Shown here piece after piece: positions 39,701 through 51,700 of a DNA stretch of 64,000 nucleotides. The notes under the pieces were generated by a model. It made no database searches and was not told the origin of the DNA. It was given only the letters and a program-made list of their open reading frames with translations. The stretch's first letter is position 1. Each line of letters opens with the position of its first letter. The position numbers were made by a program, and so were the translations under genes. Origin of the DNA: Phyllobates terribilis (taxonomy: Eukaryota); assembly GCF_046119375.1 (NCBI RefSeq), contig NW_027362768.1, forward strand, positions 289,664,001-289,728,000, read 5' to 3'.

Positions 39701-42700
39701 GTGTGTGTGTGGGGGGGGGGGGGCAGCGCCTTCTAAACTGCCCGGGGCCCTTGCTACTCTTAATCCACCCCTGACTGTACCATGTACTGTTAGGCCAGGA
39801 AGGCCGTGTTAATTTTGCTAACATTACTGTAATTTATGCAGTGCTCTTAATAAACTCAGCAGAAGATTTAAAGAGACAGTGTTCCTGTGTACCTCTATAT
39901 GCAGCTAAGAGAGCCGATCTACCACAGATGGTGTTAGAAGTGTGGGCAAGATTCCCAGGAAGCAAATTTGATTGCTGTGGACAGACTGCATGTGCTGAGC
40001 AAAGGTGGCTGTGAGCAAGGAACAGCTGTCAGACAAAATGGAGGAGCTGATCAAGCACCTGGTGCAAAGTCAACACCAACAACACCAGCAGCAGTTGCAG
40101 CAGCAATGGGAGCAGCAGCAGCTCCAACAGCAACAAATGCAGAAGCATCAGGAGCAGCATCAGCATCGGAAGAAGCAGCATCAGGAGCAGCAGCAGCTGG
40201 CAAAACAGGAGACAAGTAAGCTGCCTATGCAACAGCTGCAGCAGCAGCAACAGCACCAGCAGCAGCTCCAATAGCAGCAGCAACAGCTGCAGCAGCAACA
40301 GCATCTCCAACAGTACCAGTCGACAGCAGCAGATTGATTTACTCACAGAGGCGGTTTGTGGCATGGCAGCGGCTCCAACACTAATGTCAGCTGATGATTT
40401 CTCTGTTCGGAAGGCGGTGAGGAAAGCCTTACGGAAAATGACCCCGGGTGATGACATAGAGGCTTTTTTAACCGTTTTGGAAAGGGTCACTGATATAGAG
40501 AAATTCCCGCCAGAGCAGTGGGCAGAAGTTCTGGTGCCATACTTAACGGGGGAGCCACAAAAGGCCTAATATGATTTGGCTTTACAGGACGCCAAAGAAT
40601 ATGAAAAATTGAAAACAGAAATTTTGGCGCGTTTGGGGGTGACAATGTCTGTCCAGGCACAACGGCACAACCCCCTCACTCCCAAATGTTTGATCTGCTG
40701 CACCTCGTCCAAAAGTGGTTACAGCCGGAGTCCTCTACCCCAGCGCAGATGGTGGAGCGAGTTGTAATGGACCGGTTCATACACTCCCTTCCGAGCCCAT
40801 TGCAGACTTGGGTTGCCCAGGGAGATCCCCAGAACGCCGATGACTTGGTCGGACTGGTCGAATGGTATGAGGGGGTCGACGGGTCTGTGGGGAGGAAACC
40901 CATTCCATTCTGGGGGGCGGAGATAAAAAGGGGGTGTGGTGTCCAAAATCCAAGGGGGCGGCAGAGGTTATGCCAAGGCCCTCATCGGGGGATGTAATTT
41001 GCTGGACATGTCATGGTTCAGGTCATATAGAAGCCCATTGTCCCCTGACCACCAAGCAAATGGACTGTAGCATGGGATGCTGGTGTTCCTTCTACCCACA
41101 TCCAGATTGCAGTGTGGACTGTCCACCCAGCAAGGGTCCCCAAACTTGCCCTGTAAAAGTGAATTTCCTGCAAATGACTGGACTACTAAACTCAGGAAGT
41201 TTGGTGGTCCTCGTGAGGGCCACACTCCCTCTCCAATTGATCCCTGGGAAGAAGGTTGGCATCCGCTGCATTCACAGGGATGCTAAAGACTATCCGGTGT
41301 CCAGAGTGGTCACTGAAACGGCCCGAGATACTGAGTCCCATGAGGTCGGCGTGGTCCCGGAATTGTTGCACCCAATCAGCATAGGCCGGGACTTTGTGTT
41401 GTTTTGGGACTTGTGAGGGAAGGGTGGAGACCTGGATTACTCGGGTAAGAAACGGGTTGTCCCTAAAAAAGTCTCACCAACCCCAGAGTCTGATGGGTTT
41501 CCCTTCTGTGTATTGGGAAAATAGGAGAAAGTAGTATTCCCTGGGGCAGATATTCCTGAGATAGCGGTGACCAGAGAAAATTTGGGGATCACCCAGCATA
41601 TAGACCTATCGCTAAAAGAAGCATTCAGTAAGGTAACCATCATAAATGGCATAGCACAGGAGTCAGGGGCTGACACCAGGTTTCCCTATTTTATGTTGAG
41701 TGGGGACTTATTGTACCGAGTTAATAAAGTGAGGGAGGAGATAGTGGAGCAGTTGTTGGTACCAGTGACGCGCCCCCTGGGCCAGTGCTGTTAGGGATAC
41801 CCGGAGCCGGATCAGATGGGGGTTGTAGTCTCCGAGTGGCGGTGACCCGGTCCGTGCCCAGGGTGGCAAACTCAGTGTGTGGCAGTCCTTATAGATGTTA
41901 CTAGATGTTCTTTTGTGTCGACTACGCCACCCGTTGAATTGCGGTCAATACGGCCGCCGCTGCAGCAGGGTCCACTGAGGCTGGTGATGTGTGTGCAGCT
42001 TAGGTAGTATAACCCCCAACGGGAGGGGTATAGCCTCAGGGGGTCAGCCGTGGAGGATGGTGGTTGTGAAGGTGCAGCAAGGAGACTCAGAGGCATAAAA
42101 TGCAGTTCCAGGGTTTTACTTACTGGTGTTGCTCGGGTCACTGTGTACAGCAGTGACCACCCAAGCCGTGCTGCGTCCACCAGGTCCTGGACTCGGTCAA
42201 CTCCCAGGCAACTCCGGAGTGTGGTCCTGAGCTCCCTTTCTGACTTGTCCTCCTCTCCGGCCTTCCCCACCAGGGATCCACCTAAGTCCGGCTCCCTCGG
42301 GCCTCCTGTTGGTAAACCCTTGTCTCTGGGTTCCCTGACCCTATTCTTGGTTTGCCTTCCGGGTGGATTTAGTGGGTGGTCGTGGCAGATCCTGCCCACG
42401 ACCTCCGGTTCCTGGCTAAGGTGTGCTGTAGCCTCTGCCAGCTTGGGATCCGGTACCCTTTTGCCGACCCTTCACCCTTTTGTCCTTATTTTGGGATCTT
42501 GGGGTCCCCTCTGCGCCTCTGGGTCTCTCTTCCTTCTCCTCTGCTCTGCTTCTCAGGCTCTCAGACAGACTGTCTGACTGACTGACTGTGGCTGACTGAC
42601 AACTGACTGACCCTGATCTAAGATGGTGCCCACCTTATATACTCCCTCTATGTGTGAGCTCAGGTGACCAGCACCCAATGAGCTCCTAGCTTTACCCAGG

Positions 42701-45700
42701 CTGCTCCCCCTATCTGCCCCTACACTACTGGGATGTTCCACCCCCCTCCCACTCCAGCCAGGAACAGACACTGTCGTACCTGCACATAAACTGGTGGGAG
42801 TACCATCGGTCTGTCCCTCGGAAATGGGATGTGTGTAGTGCATGCAGCTAACTGAGCTCAGTTCCACACTCCATCCTTACCCGGGAGTGGAATATCACAC
42901 CTCTGGGTTGAGGTGCAATACCCCTGTAGCAGCCGAATCCTCAGGGTGCTACACCAGCACCCTATAGACAAAGGGTGTTGAATAGAGCCTATTCACCTGT
43001 CTTAAGTGACCATCTCGGGGTGGACAAAACTCAAGAACGAGTCATGCAGAGGTTCTATTGGCCCAGATGTCACAGAGAAATCCTAAGATATTGCAAGTCC
43101 TGTCCCACCTGCCAGTTAACTGCTACCACCTCTCTCGTCCAAAATCCTCTCATGCCGATATCCATCAAGGCACTGCAACAGAGGGATCCTGTTGAACCTC
43201 CATGTGGGCTGGACAAGCCAGAAGGGGACAATGAAAACAACAGTGCTGAGAACTGCTTTAGCGGAACTTGGACCTGTTCTCGGAGTTGCCAGGACGTACA
43301 GTATGCAGTTGGTTGAACATGAAATCCTGACGGAAACACATGTGCGGATGTTGAAATATGATGCATATCCAATAGCCTGCATTAATGATCTCGTAGAGAA
43401 GCTAAGGTCAGCCAGATACATCACCACCCTGGACCTAACGAAAGGTTACTCCCAAATCCTTCTCACTCAAAGTGCAAAGGAGAAGACAGCCTCTTCTACT
43501 CCTGACGGTTACTTCCAGTATACCAGCATTCCGTTTGGGCTGCAAGGAGCCCCAGCTACATTCTGGAGGGCCATAGACTGGACCCTAGCCCCTCACAAAA
43601 AGTACGCTGCAGCTTACCTCGACGATATTGTGATATTCAGCCTGGATTGGGGAAGTCATCTGCAGAAAGTCCAGGCCGTCCTGGATGCACTGAGGAAAGG
43701 AGGGATTACCATAAACCCAAAAAAGTGTACCATCGGGAAAAAGAAGGGAAAATACCTGAGCTACATCGTTGAAAGAAGCAAAATAAAGCTGCAAGTGAAT
43801 AAGGTGGAGGCAGTCCAAAGTTGGCAGAAACCGGTCTCCAAGGAACAGCTTCAGGCATTTTTGGGAATGGTGGGATACTATCAGCGGTGTATCCCGAATT
43901 TCACCATGATAGCCGCACCCCTCACCGACCTTCTTAAGGGCACGAAGATGTCAATGGCTAAATGGTCTCTTGAAGCAGAGATGGTGTTCCAAGAGTTGAA
44001 TCTCAGAGCTACAGATCTTCATCTTTCATGTGAACACAGGCCTGGGAAGCTGCATAGTAATGCAGACGCTAGTTTAGACTCTCCTGTTTGGTGACTGAAG
44101 GTGCAAAAACCTACGGCTTTGGGCTGAGGGGGGGAATATGTGACAAAGTCACTGGCAAAGTACTGGAGGGGAGATATGTAGCACTGAGATTAATAGCAGC
44201 AGTAATTATACATAGGAAAAAAGTTCCAGCACACGATTGGGTTAATCAGCCATCTTGGCTCTAGGATGATTGAACAGCTGTAGAAAGGGAAGAGGTCAGA
44301 GGATAAAATCACTGCCTTTCAGAGCATTCGAAACGCGTTGCTCTGGTTTTTCATTGAATTTGACTATGGAATCCGATTTTAATTTTCATCTGCAATAAAA
44401 CCTTTTTGGACTATATATGAAGCTGGAACTCTTCTCTTATTTCTTGGATACTCCACGAGTGGTTCCTCGTTTCCATGCTTCATGACGCCGGAGCCCAGGT
44501 GAGCTGGTGATTTTCCTCAATTTACAGGGCCTGGAGGCACAAGCTTTGGAGCTGTGGTGTGCATTTTAAGGAAAGCTAAACCTTGGGTTGTTTTGTTTTG
44601 CGGTTACCCATAGCAACAAGGACTGTGCCATACGTTATGGTTATGTTTTGCTTTACCTGTTAGGACAGGAAGGCCGTGTTTGTTTTGCTAACATTGCTGT
44701 AGTTCATGCAGTGCTCTTAATAAACTCAGCAGAAGATTTAAAGAGACAGTGTTCCTGTGTACCTCTATGTGCAACCAAGTGAGCCGATCTACCACAATAT
44801 ACAAGTGCTTCTCACAAAATTAGAGATCCCCTCTTTCCTGGATCCTTTCTCCTGCTCCTCTCTCTCTCTTCAGTCTTGCACCTCTCTGGCTAGGCCTTCC
44901 TCTTGAGCAGAGCTCCTTCAGAGCTCCTGCTCCCACTACTTCTTCTCTCAGACTGATCTGTCCTTTCAAGATGGCTTCCCTCTTTATACTATTCCTAACA
45001 AGTGCTCCCCTGATTTACTTCCTCCACCCACACCCACTACATGGTTCCCCCTACTTTGGTTCCCCCCACTCCAGCCAGGGACAGGGCTCAGCAGGAAAGC
45101 GACGCATCTTGCCCTTCCTGCTGGTCTGGAGTAGTGTAGTGTTGGATACAGGTGTCCCGGGCAGCACTCTATCCTTACCTGAGAGTGAGATACCACACCT
45201 CTGGGTGAGATGCAGTACCTCTGTGGCGACTGAACCCTCAGGGGCGCCACACGAGCATGCTCGCTACTGCTCGGTGCTCGCCTGAGCATCTCACTGCTCG
45301 AGATGCTCGGCGCTCGCCGAGTATTTCCGGGTTGCTTGTGAGGGAACTCGGGTCCCCTCCCTGCATGTTTGGCGCTCTTTAGAGAGCCAATGAACATGCA
45401 GGGATTGCCTGCCATGCACTGTAATGCCGTAGCCATGTTGGTTGTGGGCATTACAGTGATTGGCTGGCCGCACAGCGTCATCAGATCTATATCAGACCTG
45501 GCGCCGCCATGTTCGTCACAGTCACTCCGGATCAGACACTGTAGGGAGAGCTGCTGCTGTGTTAGGGACAGATTTGCTTGTGTATTAGGTAGTGTAGGGA
45601 GAAAAACCATACATTACACATATCCACCTTAACAAACAGTCCTTCTGAGGACTAATCTATCTGCAGAGATATCAGGCAGGCAGGGTGTATAGGCAGGCAG

Positions 45701-48700
45701 TGTATATAGCAGACTGCAGTGCATATAGCACAAGAGGCTCCATTCCAATTCTGCCTTCTGCTGCTGTTAGATATTTCTATACAAAGGCCCAGGTCTCAGG
45801 GGCCAGGAATACTTTTCTTTGGATCTTAATCCTCATTATTTGCTTAAAAAGCAATCCAGAGAACACGATTTTTTCTGTGCCGTTTGCTTGTTGGCACTGC
45901 AGAATACAGCCAGGTCCTTTCCATATTAGAGAGCTAGAAATCCAGCTATTTAAAACTGTGTTTTCTCCGTCAAACGGATCACATATACATTGTCAGAAAA
46001 TACTGCCATTTCTGGCCTCCATTAAAAATTTCCTTTAGTGTGTCATTGAAGCAATTCACCGCAGTTTGCTGTTCAAACTACTTACCTACAGGCCAGGTAT
46101 TGAAAACTGTGTTTTCTCCGTCAAACGGATCACATATACGTTGTCAGAAAATACTGCCATTTCTGGCTTCCATTAAAAATTTCCTTTAGTGTGTCATTGA
46201 AGCAATTCACACCAGTTTGCTGTTCAAACTAGTTACTTACAGGCCAGGTATTTAAAACTCTGTTTTCTCTATCACACGGATCACATATAAGTTCGCTCCA
46301 AACTCAGTCATTTGTAGTGAGCGTGGAAGATACTGTCCTCCATTTAAAATAGGCAAGGCACGTGGCAAGGGACGGGGAACTGGACGTGATGGTAATGGTG
46401 CATGCAGAGGCCGAGGACAAGGCCGTGGGCAAGCCGAAATTGTGCCACAACAAACACCCACATCTTCTCGCTTGACCTTTCTGTCCCAATTTCTAGGGGA
46501 CCGCAGCACACCACCATTGAACCCAGAGCAGTGTCAAAAGGTTGTTGGTTGGATAGCGGATAATGCTTCCAGTCACTTAGCCACCACCACCACCTCCCTG
46601 TCTTCCACACGGTCAAGTCTCAGTAGCCATGAGTCTGGACTGCATATTCCTCACCCTGATCATCCTTCCTCGCACCATGCCGAGTAACCTGAGACAACTG
46701 ATCCCACACTTGGACACTCTGAAGAGCTGTTCACTTTTCCATTTATAGATTCGGGCCTCTCACCCGGTCCACTTGAAGCGGGGCAAGAGGAGATCATGTG
46801 TAGCGATGCCCAAATATTTGAGCAGCCACGGTCACACGAAGGCGACGGTGGGAAAGTTTCACAAGAGGTGGACGATGATGAGACACAATTGCCAGAAAAT
46901 CAGTAGGAGGACCAGGGTGCGGAAGTGGAAGATGAGGTGGTGGATGATATAGTAACTGACCCAATCTGGCAGGAGGACATGCAGAGCGAGGACAGCAGCA
47001 CACAGGGAGAGGGAGGCAGAGCACCCCAACAGGGAGGAAGAAGCAGTGTGGTGGCCGCAGACAGAAGGCAGGCAACCGTTCCCCGTAACACCAACATGAA
47101 GGAAGTTGCCAGTACAACTGTTAGGTGTTCCCGAGTCTGGTTGTGTTTTAAAGACTCTGCCGATAACCCCAAAAAGGCCATTTGCACCACCTGCCAGGCC
47201 AGCATCAGCAGGGGTGGCAAAACGACCAGCCTGACCACCACCAGCATGATCAGGCACATGGCAGCAAAGCACCCGACTTTGTGGGCCGAACCCCAGGGTC
47301 CAGGAACAGTGTCTGCGGGTGGCACCATTGCTTCTTCCGCTGTTGTGCATGCAAGCCAATCCCCTGTCCATGGTGCATGCGAAGACGCCTCCTGCCCTGC
47401 ACCTGTCGTTGCACACTCTCAAGTAGCAGCATCAGGAAGCACGTCCATGTCCTTGTCCCAGCGCAGCTTTCAGTTGTCCATACCCCAGTCCTTGGAACGC
47501 AAGCGCAAATATGCAGCCAACGCTCCACAGGCCACACTACTAAATTCTCACATTTCACGACTGCTTGTGCTCGAAATGTTGCCTTTTAGGCTTGTGGAGA
47601 CGGAAGCATTCCGCAACCTGATGGCGGCGGCCGTCCCTCGGTACTCAGTTCCCAGCCGCCACTATTTCTCCCAGTGTGCCGTCCCCGCGTTACACAAGCA
47701 CGTGTCCCAAAACATTAGCGGTGCTCTCAACAACGCAGTTACCGGTAAAGTCCACCTAACCACGGACACGTGGACAAGTGCTTGTGGGCAGGGACGGTAC
47801 GTCTCGCTGACGGCACACTGGGTTAACATAGTGGAAGCCGGGACCCAGTCAGACCTTGGGACGGAACACGTCCTCCTGACGCCAAGGATTGCGGGCCCTA
47901 GGTCAATCAGGGTTGCCCCCATGGTCTACAGCTCCTGCACCTCATCCTCCTCAGCCTCCTCCTCCTCTTCAGCCTCCATCTCCGAAATGACCACATCAGT
48001 CACAAGCTGGAAGCACTGCAGCACTGCCTCAGCCAAGCGGCAACAGGCTGTGCTGAAGCTAATATGCCTAGGTGAAAAACCGCACAATGCTGAAGAGTTG
48101 TGGACAGCTCTGAAAGAGCAGGCAGATCGGTGGCTCACACCGCTGAACCTACAGCCAGGCATGGTCGTGTGTGACAATGGTTGGAACCTGGTGGCGGCTC
48201 TGAGGCGAGGCGAGCTCACACACGTACCATGTCTGGCCCATGTGCTTAACCTTGTGGTTCAGCAGTTTCTCAAATCCTTCCTGGAGCTGCCGGATCTGCT
48301 TGTTAAAGTACGCCGCCTGTGTGCCCATTTTAGAAAGTCAGCTACAGCTTCCACCGCCCTTGCCGTGTTTCAGCAGGGTTTGCAGCTTCCGGCTCACAGA
48401 CTGGTGTGTGATGTCCCCACGCGTTGGAACTCTACACTGCAGATGTTGGGAAGGATTTGTGAGCAGAAGAGGGCAGTTGTTGAGTACCAGCATCAACCAT
48501 GCCGTCGGTATTCAGTTCAGACTCCACACATAAGACCTCAGGAGTGGACATGGATGTCAGACATATGTACCATCCTCCAAAACTTTGAGGACTCCACCAA
48601 GATGGTGAGCGGCGATGACGCCATAATTAGTGTCACCATCCCGCTTCTCTGTTTTTTGAAACATTCTCTGCTCACAATCAAAGAGGATGCATTGCAGGCG

Positions 48701-51700
48701 GAGCACGATGAGCTGGAGCAAGGAACCATACAGGGTGATTACACACAGCCCAGCCTCATCTCATCCCAACGTGGATTGGGTGACAATGAGGAAGAGGAGG
48801 AGGAGGAAGGACAGGAGCTAGTTTCATGCACTATAGTTGGTACTACATGCACAGCTGTCATACCGTCTGTTCAGCGTGGATGGCCAGAGGACAGAGAAGA
48901 GGAGGAGGAGAGCATGGTCAGTCATCCTCTTGGTGAGGACACGGAAGTCTTGCCGGTTAGTAGTCTGGCACGCATGGCTGAATTTATGTTACGCTGCCTT
49001 TCCCATGACCCTCGCGTTCTCAAAATTTTGGGTGACAGTCATTACTGGTTGGTGACACTTCTAGACCCACGCTACAAGGAGAACTTTATATCTCTTATTC
49101 CTGAGGCGGACAGGTCTACAAAAATGGGGCAGTACCAGAAGGCCTTTGTTGCGGAACTGTTAAAATTCCCATCTGAAAACGCTGGCGGCAGAGGGCACAC
49201 TTCGTTGGACAACCAAGGAGTACAGGCGAGAGAGACACAACTTCAATCCAGCAGAGGCAGGGGAACACTTTCAAAGTTCTGGGAGAGTTTCTTCAGACCC
49301 TCCCATCGCACAGGCCCTGAGGCGCGGGGTACTCTCACAAGGAGTGCAAAGTTTGGGAAGATGCTGAGGGAGAACCTTGCGGACCATACCAACGTCATCC
49401 GTGATTCCTCTGTGCCTTATAATTGTTGGGCATCCAAGCTGGATACATGGAATGAACTTGCTCTCTATGCCTTGGAGGTCCTGGCCTGCCCTGCCACCAG
49501 CGTTTTATCAGAGCGGGTTTTTAGTGCCACTGGTGGAATTATAACTGATAAGTGCATCCACCTGTCAACTGAAAATGCTGACAGGCAGACTCTTATAAAA
49601 ATGAACAAGGGCTGGATTGGGCCAGACTTCTCAACACCACCGAATGATAGCAGCGTAACATAAACTCAAATCCAGTGTCTTTTCTTGGGAGTTGTATTCC
49701 CATGCACCTTTTCACACCCACACATGGGTATACGCTTCCTGATTTTGTCTATTTGCTCTTGTCCTCCTCCTTCTCCTCATCCTTCACCACCATATCACCA
49801 GGGTGACCGTGGTTCGTGATGCAACACCCACATAATTTTTTTAAAGGGTGTTTATGATGCCCGTGAAAATTTTTTTTTATACAGTATGTTCATGTATACC
49901 CCCCAGGGGTAAATGTTTGTCAGCCCATACACTTAGTGCATGGGCATTACAAGTATAGGAGGCCCGCTTCTTTCTAATGGGAACATTTTTTTATGAGGCC
50001 CTCCTCCACGTCTCTTCCAAGGGGCATTGAAGTGCCTACACATTTTTGGCAGCCCTTGCATTCACTGCATAGGCCAACACTATGAGAGACTCTCTCCTTT
50101 CTAATGGGAATTTGTCGTTACTGTGGCCCTGCTCTGTGTGTCTTTAAATTCTTAGTGGGGTTTTTCCTAAAATTGGTCAGCCGTTGGACTCACTGCATAC
50201 CCTATAACTGTATAGCAGACCCTCTCCTTTCTAATGGGAACATGTCATACCTTGTTACTGTGGCCCTGCTCCATGTGTCTTTAAATTCTTAGTGGGGTTT
50301 TTCATAAAATTGGTCAGCCGTTGGACTCACTGCATAACCTATAACTGTATAGCAGACCCTCTCCTTTCTAATGGGAACATGTCGTACCTTGTTACTGTGG
50401 CCCTGCTCTATGTGTCTTTAAATTCTTAGTGGGTTTTTTCCCAAATTTTGGCAGCCCTTGCAGTCACAGCATGGGCATTACCACGATAGGAGACCCGCTC
50501 CTTTATAATGGGAACATTTTTTTTACTGAGACCCTCCTCTATGTCTCTTCAAAGGGGTATTGGGTTGCGTCCAAATTTTTGGCAGCCCTTGCAGTCACTG
50601 TATACGCAATAACAGTATAAGAGACCCACTTGTTAATAATGGGAATAACAAAGCATAGCCGGCTGATGGATCTCTAACAATAGCTACGGCCGACTGCTGG
50701 CCTTTTAAAAATAGTAAGGGCCGTCTGATGTCCCTGTAAAAATAGGCTTTATGACTTTCAGAGTCCCTCCATCATGAATAAAAAAGGATGTGTCTGATGA
50801 AGTGTCACACACCACATTGCCAGATAAGGTTGTAAAATGTTAAAATGACATTTCCCGGTGAATGCATTTATCTTAAAAAATAACGTAAAAAAAACAAAAC
50901 AATAGGATCTTTCTTTAGTATAAAAAACAGCGTCACCAATTTAACCTCAATGTAATCACATTGTTCAGCTCATGCACCTCCTCCTCCATCTCCAAAATGA
51001 TCACATCAGTCACAAGCTGACAGCACTGCAGCACTGCCTTGGCCAAGCGGCAACAGGCTGTGCTGAAGATAACATGCTTAATGCTTAATTGACAAACCGC
51101 CCAGCGCTGCAGAGTTGTTGAAAGCTGTAACACAGCAGTCTGATCTGCGCCTCTCACCGCTGAACATACAGCCAGGCATGGTCGTGTGTGACAATGGGCG
51201 GAACCTGGTGATGGAGAAATGACAGCCGGGGTAGATACGGTTTCCCTCTATGCCAGTCCTTTCACCGAGCTAAAGAATATGGCTGTGGTGAAATACAACT
51301 CCCACTGAGATGCTGTTTCAGATTGAAAAACATTGTACCCACTAGAGGATTTGATTCTGAGGGCTAACCTTTCTCACCCGCTCAAGAGCCCCATAGCAGC
51401 TGCAAAGTTAGCCCTATCATGAACTCTCCTGAGGTAGAAGCCAAGGCACACCAGAGGATTCTCTGGTGGGACTGTCCAACCCTGCTGAGAAGCAGTCCTG
51501 GCTAAGAAAAGTGTGTGGGAAGGTTCCCGGACACTCTATGGCTGCTTTTTTACTGAGGAGGAAACACACGCAAACATAGGGAGAACATACAAAATCCTTG
51601 CAGATGTTGTCCTTGCTGGGATTTGAACCCAGGATCCCAGCGCTGCAAGGCTTCAGTGCTAACCACTGACCCAATGTGCTGCCGTTCACCCTCTAATATC

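Larger units (their letters stand above)
35769..39773. mobile_element. Non-autonomous hAT element inserted in the Gmr1 5' LTR, 8-bp TSD
   Basis: Termini cataggcggatta / taatccacccctg. TSD actgtgcc (35761-35768) / actgtacc (39774-39781). The LTR sequence resumes after it. Confidence 0.85.
35499..44796 (+). mobile_element. Gmr1-like Gypsy LTR retrotransposon (defective, with nested insertions)
   Basis: 5' LTR 35499-35768 plus 39782-39926, PBS tggtgttagaagtg at 39929-39942 (tRNA-Leu-like), gag-PR-INT-RT-RH remnants, PPT gagggggggaa at ~44126, 3' LTR 44139-44796 (TG...CA). The flanks are consistent with an ATAT(A) TSD. Confidence 0.9.

Noticed and set aside
40029-40490. Minus-strand Leu-rich 153-aa ORF as a membrane protein
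   Set aside because: It is simply the antisense reading of the CAG/CAA tract in gag.
46925-49663. Domesticated ZBED-family host gene
   Set aside because: It is embedded in a recognisable element with a closely similar defective sibling 18 kb away, has a disrupted N-terminus, and shows no evidence of orthologous conservation. No gene symbol was assigned.
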